Shown one piece after another: positions 9,437 to 19,224 of a stretch of DNA of 64,000 bases. Positions within the stretch are counted from its first letter, which is position 1, and each line of letters opens with the position of its first letter. Source of the stretch: Alphaproteobacteria bacterium (lineage in GTDB: Bacteria; Pseudomonadota; Alphaproteobacteria; SPJN01); the NCBI GenBank assembly GCA_965229935.1, contig CBDDKB010000002.1, positions 772,165-836,164 on the forward strand. Reading direction: 5' to 3'. The notes beneath the pieces are model-generated. The model was not told where the DNA came from. It was given only the letters and a program-made list of their open reading frames with translations, and searched no databases. The position numbers were made by a program, and so were the translations under genes.

Positions 9437-10447
9437 TTAGAAGGCTGCCTGCAGCCCGATGGTCAGCATATCATCCATCTTTAGCTGCGGGCCGTTCAGG
9501 TCCTGATAGACGGTCTTTTCATACTCAACCGCGATGCGGTGGCCTTTCAGAGCAGTGCCGGGGATCACATAGTTGAGGCCAATACCAAGATCGACCCATT
9601 CGCCGCCATGATTGTCGGGGTCCGTGGTCGGTGCGGGACGAGCCAGAATTTTCCTGTCTGCACCATGAACGGCGCCGGCTGATCGGCCTGTAACGCGACC
9701 TGTCACTGAAATAGACTCTGACAGCAGATGATTGACATAACCTGTCAGCTTGACCCTATTGCCAAGGCGGTAATCATTGTCGTTGGTCCCGGTACGGAAG
9801 ACCGTATCAAGCTGGGCGCCAAACTTGGTGTTGGGCCCTGTTATGTCCAAAAAGTCGGTCCAAGTTACACCGGCAAGAATGTCATAGGTGCCGGAGCCGA
9901 GCTGCATCGGGTAGGGCAAGTGACCGGGGATTGTGTCTTTCTCATCAATAGACCCGGTGGGAAGTGACACGCCGATTTTTAGATGCGCGGTGTCTGTCAG
10001 CTTTTGCAGGCCCGTTACTTTAACGTCGCCCCAGCCCTTTGACTTGGCAACGAACACAGTCCCGTTTGGGCGCTGATGATCCATGCTGTTTTCCAAATAA
10101 GGTGCCATGACCATCAATGTCAGATCATTAGACCAACCATACATCATGCCGAACATGTGCATGTCTGTTGTCATTCTTAACGGTACAACGGGGAAGCCAA
10201 AATTTGTACGTACCGACGCGGGGCTAAGATCTGTTGTGCCGTTGCGATTGTCTTCCATCTCCATCCGCATAAAACGGTAAGAGACCATCCATTGTCCTTC
10301 ACCGTGGCGGTGATCACCCATGACGCCAATGGGGGCATGGCCAAGTGGGCTGGGCAGATGATCTTCATGCGCGAAGGTAGCAGATGAGAAAAGCAGTGAG
10401 AAAGCGGCGGCAGCCAGCGCTGCGCCCGTGCGAGATTTAAGAGTCAT
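9437..10447 (-). CDS. Outer-membrane beta-barrel protein with a Met/His-rich N-terminal region (CopB-like / MetA-pathway-transporter-like)
   Basis: Signal peptide (AAFSLLFSSATFA-HEDH). The mature N-terminus is rich in His/Met clusters (HEDH, GDHRHGEG, MRMEMED, DMHMFGMMYGW). Alternating beta-strand character, ending in the C-terminal ...GLQAAF typical of outer membrane barrels. Confidence 0.6.
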   Translation of the reverse strand: MTLKSRTGAALAAAAFSLLFSSATFAHEDHLPSPLGHAPIGVMGDHRHGEGQWMVSYRFMRMEMEDNRNGTTDLSPASVRTNFGFPVVPLRMTTDMHMFGMMYGWSNDLTLMVMAPYLENSMDHQRPNGTVFVAKSKGWGDVKVTGLQKLTDTAHLKIGVSLPTGSIDEKDTIPGHLPYPMQLGSGTYDILAGVTWTDFLDITGPNTKFGAQLDTVFRTGTNDNDYRLGNRVKLTGYVNHLLSESISVTGRVTGRSAGAVHGADRKILARPAPTTDPDNHGGEWVDLGIGLNYVIPGTALKGHRIAVEYEKTVYQDLNGPQLKMDDMLTIGLQAAF

Positions 10448-10486
10448 TTGAATTGTCCTGTGTTTAACGGATTTGGATAGTGGTCG

Positions 10487-10909
10487 TTAAACAGAGGGGG
10501 GTGGCGCTCGTCCGTGATAGGCCTGTGGGGCAACAGCCGTGCCCCGGTCTATATCAGCGCTAAAATAGGCAACTAACCTGATTTCCAAACTGGGCAAGGC
10601 TGCAACAGGTGCCGCAACTGGCGCGACCGGCAGCAGCGAACAGCAAAGCTGGCAATCATGATCAGCGGGCAATTCGTGGTCTGACCCGTTCAGGCAAGAC
10701 GCCTGCTTGATAATCTTGTCACCTGAAACAATCTGATCGACTGAAATTGCGGGGCCGGTTTGGGCAAGAATCATCTGGCCCGACATTGTACCCTGCGCAG
10801 GCAATAATGCGCCCAAACTTGTAATTAACAGAGCAATAACAAGCACTAAGCGATTGGGGGCCGCATGGCCCTTTATGGTCCGAAATCCAGTCATAGGTGG
10901 CGCGACCAT
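10487..10909 (-). CDS. Hypothetical small secreted protein with a Cys/His cluster (C-x4-DH-x5-HDC-x2-CC)
   Basis: The ORF is co-directional and 40 nt upstream of the outer membrane barrel gene. It has a signal-peptide-like segment (RLVLVIALLITSLGALLPAQG), a CLNGSDHELPADHDCQLCCS cluster and a PVAPVAAPVAALP low-complexity stretch. The start is uncertain (10909, 10894 or 10960) and there is no clear SD. Confidence 0.35.
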   Translation of the reverse strand: MVAPPMTGFRTIKGHAAPNRLVLVIALLITSLGALLPAQGTMSGQMILAQTGPAISVDQIVSGDKIIKQASCLNGSDHELPADHDCQLCCSLLPVAPVAAPVAALPSLEIRLVAYFSADIDRGTAVAPQAYHGRAPPPSV

Positions 10910-11013
10910 ATCGGTTTGCAAAATTGGGGGCAATGACACAATTGCCGCGACCTGTGTCATGTGGAAAACTAGCGGATGCGGCTAGGTGAGTCGTGTTTTG
11001 CGAGGGAGAGATC

Positions 11014-11355
11014 ATGTCTGACAATCAAGTAGCGCCCGCGGGTGGGCAAAGCCCGACATTGCTGTATATCGGGTATGCATTGGCGATTTTTCTGCCACTT
11101 GGCGCGATCATTTTGGGGTTTGTTGCACGGAATGACTATCGCAACTCCTCCTATGACGGGCATTGTGATAATTTGATCCAGATATTTTGGGTAGGACTTG
11201 TTCTCGCGATTGCTGGCACCGTGCTGTCATTTATCGGCGTCGGCTTCTTGATCTTTATATGGTTGTTTATCTGGTACGCTATAAGAATTGTTAAAGGTCT
11301 GGTCGCCCTTAGTAAGAACGAGGCCTATGTTCCCGGCAATCCGTTCTGGTTCTAG
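11014..11355 (+). CDS. DUF4870-like small integral membrane protein
   Basis: Three or four TM helices and a YAIRIVKGL motif resembling DUF4870. A strong SD (GAGGGAG) precedes the ATG at 11014. Confidence 0.55.
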   Translation: MSDNQVAPAGGQSPTLLYIGYALAIFLPLGAIILGFVARNDYRNSSYDGHCDNLIQIFWVGLVLAIAGTVLSFIGVGFLIFIWLFIWYAIRIVKGLVALSKNEAYVPGNPFWF

Positions 11356-11410
11356 GATCACTAGAATAGCGTGAGAGTGAGCGGGACGGGACGCGCCCCG
11401 CTCAACACCT

Positions 11411-12286
11411 TTACTTGACGTGGGGTGTCACGTCTTCGTTGATCATTTGGTTGGACAGGGTGCCAAGGCCCGCGATCTCAACCTCTACCGTGTCGCCGGC
11501 TTTCAAGAATTGCGGCGGCTTCATCGCGACGCCAACACCACTGGGCGTGCCGGTAAAGATCACATCGCCTGGTTCCAGCGTCATCGCAGCGCTAAGCTCA
11601 GCGATTAGGTGATCAATCTTGAAAATCAAATGTTTGGTATTTGATTTTTGGCGCACCTCGCCATTCACACGACATTCAATATCGAGCGCATGAGGGTCGG
11701 CAATTTCATCACGCGTTGTCAGCCACGGCCCGATGGGGCCATGTGTGTCAAAGCTTTTCCCGATGGTGAATTGGGGGGACCGGAACTGCCAGTCACGAAC
11801 AGACACATCATTGCCGCAGCAATAGCCTGCAATCGCATTCAGCGCATCTTCTGGGGCGATATGGCGGCAACGATGGCCGATAACGACAACCAATTCAGCC
11901 TCATAATCAATTAAGTCACTGACGGCGGGTTTCAGTACAGTTGCCCCGGGGCCGACAATGGCGGTTGGAGGCTTGGTGAACCATGTGGCGTTTTCCGGCT
12001 TGTCCCGGCCTGTTTCTTCAACATGGTCGGCATAATTCAGCCCAACACAAAAAATCTTGCGCGGGTTTTCAACCGGGGCATGAAGCGTTACGGCGGATAG
12101 GGGGATTGTCGCCTCCGCATTGCGATCAGCTTCCTTCGCCTTCCGTCCGCTCGTGTCGCCCCAACTGAAATAGTCAATCATGTCAGTTGGGAAGTCGGGG
12201 TCATAGGCGCTTAGGTCGATAAGCTTGTCGCCCTTGACGATGCCAAGTCGTTTGCCCTTATCATCTTCAAATGTTGCAAGTTTCAT
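11411..12286 (-). CDS. Fumarylacetoacetate hydrolase (FAH) family protein
   Basis: 291 aa with an FAH-fold C-domain (GxNYxxH, EAELVVVIG, metal-binding Glu/Asp pattern). Confidence 0.85.
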   Translation of the reverse strand: MKLATFEDDKGKRLGIVKGDKLIDLSAYDPDFPTDMIDYFSWGDTSGRKAKEADRNAEATIPLSAVTLHAPVENPRKIFCVGLNYADHVEETGRDKPENATWFTKPPTAIVGPGATVLKPAVSDLIDYEAELVVVIGHRCRHIAPEDALNAIAGYCCGNDVSVRDWQFRSPQFTIGKSFDTHGPIGPWLTTRDEIADPHALDIECRVNGEVRQKSNTKHLIFKIDHLIAELSAAMTLEPGDVIFTGTPSGVGVAMKPPQFLKAGDTVEVEIAGLGTLSNQMINEDVTPHVK

Positions 12287-12392
12287 GTCTGTGCCTCCGT
12301 TTATAAACAGTTTTATAAGGTAGGGGCATGACAGGTGCCAGTCTGAATTCTATATATAGTCAGGTTTGCAAATTTAAGGCGCGTTCCCACCT

Positions 12393-12839
12393 ATGGTCAC
12401 ACTTTATATTGATGCAGATGCCTGTCCCGTGAAGGGGGAGGCTGAAAAGGTCGCCACTCGCTATGGCGTCACTCTTTTATTTGTGTCGAATAGCGGCGGT
12501 CGCCCGTCGCCTAATCCGCTTGTAAAACATATCATGGTTGCAGAGGGGGCAGATGCCGCTGATGACTGGATTGTCGATCAGGCCGCGGCTGGTGATATTG
12601 TTGTTACTGCTGACATTCCGCTTGCCGCCCGGGCGCTTGAAAAGCAGGCGCTGGTGATCAATCACACAGGATCAAAATTTGATGAGGCGATGATCGGCAA
12701 TGCCTTGGCCATGCGTGATTTGAAAAGCCAGTTGCGAGACGAAGGTGTGATAAGTGGCGGTGGCCGCAGTTTTTCCAAACAGGATCGGTCGCGTTTTCTA
12801 CAGGCGCTTGATACATTGCTAAGCAAGGCAACAAGATAA
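12393..12839 (+). CDS. yaiI: YaiI/YqxD family protein (UPF0178, DUF188)
   Basis: N-terminal LYIDADACPVK signature of UPF0178; 148 aa. Confidence 0.8.
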   Translation: MVTLYIDADACPVKGEAEKVATRYGVTLLFVSNSGGRPSPNPLVKHIMVAEGADAADDWIVDQAAAGDIVVTADIPLAARALEKQALVINHTGSKFDEAMIGNALAMRDLKSQLRDEGVISGGGRSFSKQDRSRFLQALDTLLSKATR

Positions 12840-12865
12840 ATGCGAAACGAACAAAAGGGGATGGT

Positions 12866-14017
12866 ATGAGCCACGTAACCGCAAAGGTGCTGCTGCTGGG
12901 CAGTGGTGAGCTGGGCAAGGAATTGACAATCAGCCTGCAACGATTGGGCTGTGATGTTATCGCGTGCGATGCCTATGACAATGCCCCTGCCATGCAGGTT
13001 GCAGACGCTTGCGAAATCTTTTCCATGCTGGATGGTGATGCGTTGTCTGCCGTGATCGATAAGCACCAGCCCGACTTTATCGTGCCAGAGGTTGAGGCGA
13101 TTGCGACAGAGGTGTTGTTGGCGAAGGAGGCCGAGGGCTATCACGTCGTGCCGTCGGCCAATGCTGTGAACCTGACAATGAACCGTGATCGGATACGTGA
13201 TCGCGCGGCGGAACTTGGGTTGCGCACCGCACAATTTGCCTATGCAGAATCCGAAGAAGAACTGGTGGCAGAGGCTGCCAAGATCGGCGGGAAGGTTGTG
13301 GTTAAACCCGTCATGTCAAGCTCAGGCAAGGGGCAAAGCACAGCAGAGGGTGAGGCTGAGGTGCGTGAGGCATGGGCCTTTGCGCTTGCCGGAATGCGGG
13401 GCGATCGCGCGCGCGTGATTGTTGAGGAGTTTATTGACTTTGACTATGAAATCACGCTGCTGACAGTTACTCAACGTGATGGCGACGCGCTTTATTGCGC
13501 CCCCATAGGTCATGTGCAGGAACGGGGTGATTATCAGTTCAGTTGGCAGCCTGCGGATTGTTCTGATGCAGCGATTGCAGAAGCCCAGCGTATGGCCGCG
13601 ATCATAACGGCAGAGCTAGGCGGGGCTGGCTTGTTCGGGGTTGAGTTTTTTGTGACAAAGGCAGGTGACGTTATCTTTTCTGAACTTAGCCCACGGCCCC
13701 ATGATACGGGCATGGTCACACTTTACACGCAGGCTTTGACGGAATTTGATTTGCATGCCCGTGCCTTTTTGGGGCTGCCTATCCCGCAAATCGATTTGCT
13801 GCGGGCTGGCGCAAGTCATGTGATCCTAGCGCCAAAGAACGCCAGCGGGCCTTATCGCGTTGCTGGGTTGGCAGACGGGATGGCGGTGCCGGGCGCTGAT
13901 GTGCGCCTATTCGGCAAGCCTGTGATGAAAAGCTATCGCCGTCTGGGGGTTGCGCTGGGCGGGTCGCTGGATGTGGCGCGGGAGGCAGCAGGTAAGGTCA
14001 GGATTGAACCTGCCTAA
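12866..14017 (+). CDS. purT: Formate-dependent phosphoribosylglycinamide formyltransferase (GAR transformylase 2)
   Basis: 383 aa with an ATP-grasp fold, a PurT-like N-terminus (KVLLLGSGELGKE) and PurT-like overall length. Confidence 0.9.
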   Translation: MSHVTAKVLLLGSGELGKELTISLQRLGCDVIACDAYDNAPAMQVADACEIFSMLDGDALSAVIDKHQPDFIVPEVEAIATEVLLAKEAEGYHVVPSANAVNLTMNRDRIRDRAAELGLRTAQFAYAESEEELVAEAAKIGGKVVVKPVMSSSGKGQSTAEGEAEVREAWAFALAGMRGDRARVIVEEFIDFDYEITLLTVTQRDGDALYCAPIGHVQERGDYQFSWQPADCSDAAIAEAQRMAAIITAELGGAGLFGVEFFVTKAGDVIFSELSPRPHDTGMVTLYTQALTEFDLHARAFLGLPIPQIDLLRAGASHVILAPKNASGPYRVAGLADGMAVPGADVRLFGKPVMKSYRRLGVALGGSLDVAREAAGKVRIEPA

Positions 14018-14996
14018 GTAGATCATCCAGCAGGTCAGGCTGATCCAGTTTCAAGTCAACACGCACAGTCATCACACTGCCGCGTGCCGTGGCGGGTAGC
14101 TTCACAGCATCTTTTTCCGTTGTGACGACAATCGATTGGGTTTTGTTTTTGTGCCGTTCGATTAACAGCAGTTCCTGCGGTTTCAACTTGTGGTGATCTG
14201 GAAAGGCGAAGGTGCCAACAAGCTCTGCCCCCAGGCTGCGTACCGTGTCAAAAAACTTGTCCGGGCTGCCAATACCGCAAAAGGCTGTCACTTTTTGACC
14301 TGCTAGCCAAAGGGATTCAGGGCCGGGTTCAAGTTGTCCTGTCAATTGCGGCAGGTGATTGAATGATGCGGGGATTGAACGGTCCAGGCAAGTCTTGGCG
14401 TCAGGGCCAATCGCTAGTACTGCCTGCGCGCGGGCAAGGCCATGGTCAATTGGTTCTCGCAAGGGGCCAGCAGGGATCAGTCGCTCATTCCCGAACCCGC
14501 GCTCGGCATCCATAACAATCAGGCTGAAATCCTTATGAAGCGATGGGTTCTGAAAACCATCATCGAGAATGATGTGGCTCGCCTCGCCATCCTTTTCGAT
14601 CAGCTTGGCCCCTGCGGCCCTGTCGGTGGCGATATAGACGCTGGTATGTGCTGCGAGCAAAAGCGGCTCGTCCCCCACAAGGTCGGGATTGTGAATGACT
14701 GGATCTACCTTGACCGGGCCTGAATGCGATCCACCATAACCGCGTGACAGGATTGCGGGGCTATGCCCCATCTCCACAAGGCGCTGTGCAATCAGCAGGG
14801 CGGTAGGTGTTTTGCCGGTACCGCCTGCGATTAGATTACCCACACAGATAACTGGCAGGCGCGACTTGTAACAGCCTTCAGTCTTGTTGATGCGGCGGAC
14901 GGATTCGGCCTTATAGATCGCGGATAGGGGGGCTAACAGACGCGCTGCCGCGCCGGGGCTTGCTTTATCACGCCACCAAAATTGGGGTGCCTTCAT
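13998..14996 (-). CDS. lpxK: Tetraacyldisaccharide 4'-kinase
   Basis: Walker A GNLIAGGTGKTP within an LpxK-like N-terminus. The ATG at 14996 forms an ATGA overlap with the waaA stop. Confidence 0.85.
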   Translation of the reverse strand: MKAPQFWWRDKASPGAAARLLAPLSAIYKAESVRRINKTEGCYKSRLPVICVGNLIAGGTGKTPTALLIAQRLVEMGHSPAILSRGYGGSHSGPVKVDPVIHNPDLVGDEPLLLAAHTSVYIATDRAAGAKLIEKDGEASHIILDDGFQNPSLHKDFSLIVMDAERGFGNERLIPAGPLREPIDHGLARAQAVLAIGPDAKTCLDRSIPASFNHLPQLTGQLEPGPESLWLAGQKVTAFCGIGSPDKFFDTVRSLGAELVGTFAFPDHHKLKPQELLLIERHKNKTQSIVVTTEKDAVKLPATARGSVMTVRVDLKLDQPDLLDDLLRQVQS

Positions 14997-16288
14997 GACG
15001 GCACCCTCCCGCCCCACAGGCTTTCCGCGATATAGGGCGCAAGCACTGTCATAATATGATCAAGACTATTATCCTGTGTCGCCGCGACCTCTGCAGCCTT
15101 ATCCCCCATATGTTGGCAGACGGCGTGATCGGTTAGCAGCGAGCGCAATTGTGCGGCAAGCTCAGTACCGTTTGTGACGCATAGGGCGCCGCCAGCCTCT
15201 TGCAATTGCTGGTAAGGGTCTGTGAAGTTTTCGACATGGGGCCCGTGCAGGATGGCGCGGTTCAGTCGGGCAGGCTCCAACGGGTTTTGCCCGCCATGAG
15301 TGATCAGACTACCGCCCATGAATGTCAGGGGCGACAACCGATAGTAAAGTCCCATTTCACCCATAGTGTCGCCGATTAAAATATCAGCACGGTCCAGCCC
15401 CTTTAGGCCCGATTGAGACCGTAGACGCGTGACCAGATGGTCGTTCCGGCAGGCGCTGGCAAAAAGACCTGACTTGTCCGCATGGCGCGGCACGATGATT
15501 GTCAGCAGGTTGGGCAGGTCCAGTTTAAGGGCCTTATGGACGGCAACGATATGTGGTTCCTCACCCGGGTGCAGCGACGCGGCGAGCCATACAGGGCGAT
15601 CGCCAATGGCAGCTTGCAGCTCTGTCAGGTCTGCTTCGTTTACCTCAAGCGGGCGGGCGGCATATTTCAGGTTCCCTGCACAGGTAACGGGCTGATCGGT
15701 CAGGGCTGAAAAGCGGTCAGCGATCAAATCATCCTGCGCCAGAATATGATCAAACGCGCCGAATATAGCGCGGCGCAATGATCGCGGGGCGCGTTGCCAT
15801 TTGCGTGCAGAATTTTCTGACAGCCGTCCGTTCACCAACACCATAGGCACATTGCGTGCCCGAGTTTGCGTGATCAGATTAGGCCATAATTCCTGTTCCA
15901 CGAACAGAGCAATGTCAGGCTGCCAATGGGTCAAAAACCCGCCCACAGCACCGGGCGTATCAAGCGGACTATATTGATGGAATGACCGTTCGGGCAGCCG
16001 GTCAGCCATAATGGCGGCGGCTGTTACAGTGCCCGTTGTGACCATGATATGACTGTCCGTCTGTTCTGCCAGCAGACGTTCAACTAATGGCAAGATCGAC
16101 ACGCTTTCGCCGATGGAGGCGGCGTGGAGCCATATCAGATGTCCGTCAGGACGCGGCATGCTTGGCTTGCCAAGTCTTTCGTGACGACGCTTTGGGTCTT
16201 CTTTGCCTGCCTTTGTGCGGCGCGCGAGCAATAGCGGCACGCCAAGCGCTGCCACATGCGTCAGCCCCTTATAAAGTGACAGGATCAT
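14993..16288 (-). CDS. waaA: 3-deoxy-D-manno-octulosonic acid (Kdo) transferase
   Basis: 431 aa with a KdtA-like N-terminal membrane anchor plus a glycosyltransferase GT-B fold. Its start has an ATGA overlap with the upstream DUF374 gene. Confidence 0.9.
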   Translation of the reverse strand: MILSLYKGLTHVAALGVPLLLARRTKAGKEDPKRRHERLGKPSMPRPDGHLIWLHAASIGESVSILPLVERLLAEQTDSHIMVTTGTVTAAAIMADRLPERSFHQYSPLDTPGAVGGFLTHWQPDIALFVEQELWPNLITQTRARNVPMVLVNGRLSENSARKWQRAPRSLRRAIFGAFDHILAQDDLIADRFSALTDQPVTCAGNLKYAARPLEVNEADLTELQAAIGDRPVWLAASLHPGEEPHIVAVHKALKLDLPNLLTIIVPRHADKSGLFASACRNDHLVTRLRSQSGLKGLDRADILIGDTMGEMGLYYRLSPLTFMGGSLITHGGQNPLEPARLNRAILHGPHVENFTDPYQQLQEAGGALCVTNGTELAAQLRSLLTDHAVCQHMGDKAAEVAATQDNSLDHIMTVLAPYIAESLWGGRVPS

Positions 16289-17031
16289 GGTGCCGGACCT
16301 TCAAGGGGCGCAGGCGTTACAGGGTCTTGTCCGACATAAAGGTCAGCCCGGTCGGCAAGTTCGTTCATTGCCTGTTCGATGGTCTGGCGCGCAGCCTCTG
16401 CCGCGTCGGCACCTTTGTCTTTGGGGATCGCTATCGGATCGCCCCACATGATAACACCCTTGGTAAAAGGCAGGGGCACTAAAAACCGATCCCATGTCCC
16501 TAATCTGATGCGTGATTTTGTGGCGTAGGTTGCGGGAATAATAGGCACGCCTGACATGCGCGCAACAGCGACTATCCCATCTGACGCACGCATGCGCGGC
16601 CCGCGCGGCCCGTCAGGTGTGATGCCGACATAATCACCCTTTTTCAGCATTTTCAGCATTTCGCGCAGCGCTTCGGTCCCGCCCTTTGACTGCCGCCCCT
16701 CCTTGGCGGAGGAACCGCGAATAGTGCCCAAGCCAAAATGCCCGATCGTGTTGGCGATCAATTCCCCATCGCGATGGTTTGAGATCAGCATGCCGATATC
16801 TTTGCTGCGATCCCAGCTATAGGGCATCATTAGCAAGCGGCCATGCCAAAAGGACAGAATGAAGGGCTCGCCCGCCTGCCAACGTGCCTGCGCCTCTTCA
16901 GCCCCGATTACCTCAAAGCGGCTGGTCAGCCAAACCAAACGAATGTAGAGGGAGGCAAGAAAACTGATAAAGCGCCGCATTGCAGCACTTTTGATAATTT
17001 TCTTGTCAAAACGATACCAACCCTTCTTCAT
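16285..17031 (-). CDS. DUF374 / lysophospholipid acyltransferase-like protein commonly linked to waaA in alphaproteobacteria
   Basis: 248 aa. The FILSFWHGR...ITPDGPRGP motifs resemble the LPLAT/DUF374 family. It is translationally coupled (ATGA overlaps) to the IMPase and waaA genes. Confidence 0.7.
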   Translation of the reverse strand: MKKGWYRFDKKIIKSAAMRRFISFLASLYIRLVWLTSRFEVIGAEEAQARWQAGEPFILSFWHGRLLMMPYSWDRSKDIGMLISNHRDGELIANTIGHFGLGTIRGSSAKEGRQSKGGTEALREMLKMLKKGDYVGITPDGPRGPRMRASDGIVAVARMSGVPIIPATYATKSRIRLGTWDRFLVPLPFTKGVIMWGDPIAIPKDKGADAAEAARQTIEQAMNELADRADLYVGQDPVTPAPLEGPAP

Positions 17032-17867
17032 CGACGCAGCCTCGAAATCGGTTCAACCTTGGCCAGCAGCGCCTTGTGCATCGCGTTGCCGCCACTGATA
17101 ATATTCAGATGGCGCGTTTTGCTTTGATTATAGGTGTAGGTGTCGCCCATATGTGTGGTTGCCTTGCCGCCAGCCTCGCGCATGATCAGGTCAGCTGCCG
17201 CCAAATCCCAATCAGATTTTCCGGTCAGTGACACAGACCCATCCATCTTTCCCGCCGCTACCAGCGCAACAGAATAGGCGATGGAGTTGATGTTGCTGAT
17301 CTTCAATTCATCCGGCCATGGTTCGGGCCACGACGGATGGCGATACAGGCTTTCATGGCCTATTAAATGTGCGCCGGAGATTTCAGCACGGTCGCCCGGT
17401 GTGATTGGTGCACCGTTTAAAAAAGCACCGCCATTCAAAATAGCAGTAAACATTTCATTAGTTGCAGGATTGAACAGGGCCGCCGCAATGGGCTGGCCAT
17501 CCTCAACCACGGCAAGGCTAACGCAATAATGAGGGCGCCCCTTCAAAAAGGCGCGTGTGCCATCAATTGGATCGACCACAAAAACGCGTGATTTGCGCAA
17601 CCGTTCGCGGTCATCCTCTGTCTCTTCACTTAGCCAGCCATAGTCAGGCCGTGCAGTGCGCAAAATATCATGCAGCAGATTATCTACGGCAATATCAGCC
17701 TCTGACACGGGGGTGTCGTCATCCTTTGACCATTGTTTCACCGGCTGCCCAAAATAGTCGAGCGATAAGGCACCTGCAGCCTTCGCCGCCTCTACCAACA
17801 GGGCAAGGTCCTGTTTGGGCGTGGTAGCTTGCGCCAGAGCCATATGATCTTTGGGCGTATCGCTCAT
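17028..17867 (-). CDS. Inositol monophosphatase family protein (3'(2'),5'-bisphosphate nucleotidase CysQ-like)
   Basis: IMPase motifs WLSEETEDD and VVDPIDGT. Confidence 0.8.
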   Translation of the reverse strand: MSDTPKDHMALAQATTPKQDLALLVEAAKAAGALSLDYFGQPVKQWSKDDDTPVSEADIAVDNLLHDILRTARPDYGWLSEETEDDRERLRKSRVFVVDPIDGTRAFLKGRPHYCVSLAVVEDGQPIAAALFNPATNEMFTAILNGGAFLNGAPITPGDRAEISGAHLIGHESLYRHPSWPEPWPDELKISNINSIAYSVALVAAGKMDGSVSLTGKSDWDLAAADLIMREAGGKATTHMGDTYTYNQSKTRHLNIISGGNAMHKALLAKVEPISRLRR

Positions 17868-17874
17868 CAGACTG

Positions 17875-19224
17875 TTAGATGCCTGCGACGGTCATGCGGT
17901 CAACCCGGATCGTTGGGGCATTGACGCCGCGCACAAATTCAAGGTCGCTTGCCGGGGTTGCAGCCATCAACATCTCTTTCAAATTGCCTGCAATGGTAAC
18001 CTCTGAAACAGGCTCCGCCAACTCACCATTTACAATGTGGAAGCCGGCCGCGCCGCGTGAATAGTCACCTGTGACAAGGCTGGGGCCTTGTCCCAAAAAT
18101 TCTGTGACGTAAAAGCCATCTTTGATGTCGCTGATCAAATCGGTGGGGCTAAGCGCACCCGCTTCGATATATAGGTTTGTCGGGGCAGGGGATGGCGGAG
18201 CGCCCGTGCCACGCGCCGCCCGTCCATTGGGTCTGCGCCCCAATTGCAGGGCGGTGGCATGGTCAAGCAGATAATGTTTTAAAACGCCATTTTCGACCAA
18301 ACGCATGGGGCGGTTTTCTGTGCCTTCCCCATCAAAGGGTTTTGAGCGCAGCCCGCGCAGTCTATGCGGGTCATCCATAATGGTGATGGCGCTGTTGGCA
18401 ATTTGCTCGTCCAACTTATCCAACAAAAAGCTAGACCCGCGCGTAATGGCACTGCCTGAGATTGCCCCCGTAACCGATGTCGCGAATGAGCCTGAGACAC
18501 GCGGATCAAACACAACTGTGCGTGGCCCGGTTTCAAGGCGGATTGGGTTGACGCGGCGCGCGGCCTTTTCGCCTGCCTCCCGGCCAATTTCTTCTGGCGC
18601 GCGCAGATCAGATAGATGGCGCGTATTATAGGCGGCGTAATCCTGCTGCATATTATTATCATCACCTGCAATCAGTGACAGGCCAACACCGTAGCTTGTG
18701 CCATCATATGCGCCCTCAAAACCGCCTGAAGTTGCCAGCGCGACAGAACTGCGAGATTGGTCAGCGCCTGCGCCTGATGAACGGCGGACGCCATCAACAG
18801 CAAGCCCGGCTGCTTCGGCTGCCATCGCCCTGTCTACAAGTGTCTGACTGTCAAGGTGCGCGGTATCAACAAGGTCAAGGTCGCGGGCCTGCCGGACCAG
18901 CAATTCAGTATCCGCCAACCCTGCATAGGGGTCCTCTGGTGCGATGCGCGCCATCGCGACAGCACGTTCCACAGCCTCCGCCAAGGCGGTCGGGCGGAAG
19001 TCTGTTGTTGAGACCATTGCCTGACTGCGCCCGACAAAGACACGCAGGCCCAAATCCTGACTTTCGCTGCCTTCAATGTCTTCTAACTTGCCGTCGCGGA
19101 CACTGGCTGCTTCTGCCTCCGACTGGACAAACAGCGCGTCTGCCTGATCCGCGCCTGCCTTTATGGCATTGGCAACTATTGTCGCGGCAATGTCTAATGC
19201 TTCGTCTCTTGGCTTTAGGGTCAT
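17875..19224 (-). CDS. pmbA: Metalloprotease PmbA (TldE), TldD/PmbA family
   Basis: 449 aa. A PmbA-like N-terminus and the C-terminal GxC...HIVNGE region typical of the TldD/E family. Confidence 0.85.
   Translation of the reverse strand: MTLKPRDEALDIAATIVANAIKAGADQADALFVQSEAEAASVRDGKLEDIEGSESQDLGLRVFVGRSQAMVSTTDFRPTALAEAVERAVAMARIAPEDPYAGLADTELLVRQARDLDLVDTAHLDSQTLVDRAMAAEAAGLAVDGVRRSSGAGADQSRSSVALATSGGFEGAYDGTSYGVGLSLIAGDDNNMQQDYAAYNTRHLSDLRAPEEIGREAGEKAARRVNPIRLETGPRTVVFDPRVSGSFATSVTGAISGSAITRGSSFLLDKLDEQIANSAITIMDDPHRLRGLRSKPFDGEGTENRPMRLVENGVLKHYLLDHATALQLGRRPNGRAARGTGAPPSPAPTNLYIEAGALSPTDLISDIKDGFYVTEFLGQGPSLVTGDYSRGAAGFHIVNGELAEPVSEVTIAGNLKEMLMAATPASDLEFVRGVNAPTIRVDRMTVAGI

Noticed and set aside
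11378-11404. GAGCGGG...CCCGCTC hairpin between the convergent DUF4870 and FAH genes as a bidirectional terminator
   Set aside because: The stem is plausible, but there is no U-run on either strand. It is unsupported as an intrinsic terminator.
12301-12318. Near-palindrome TTATAAAC-AG-TTTTATAA in the divergent FAH/yaiI promoter region
   Set aside because: The dyad is imperfect and entirely AT-rich. It is more likely a generic -10-like or UP element than a specific operator.
12662-13234. 190-aa minus-strand ORF overlapping yaiI/purT
   Set aside because: Antisense to purT with no recognisable motifs; this is typical of the shadow ORFs found in protein-coding regions.
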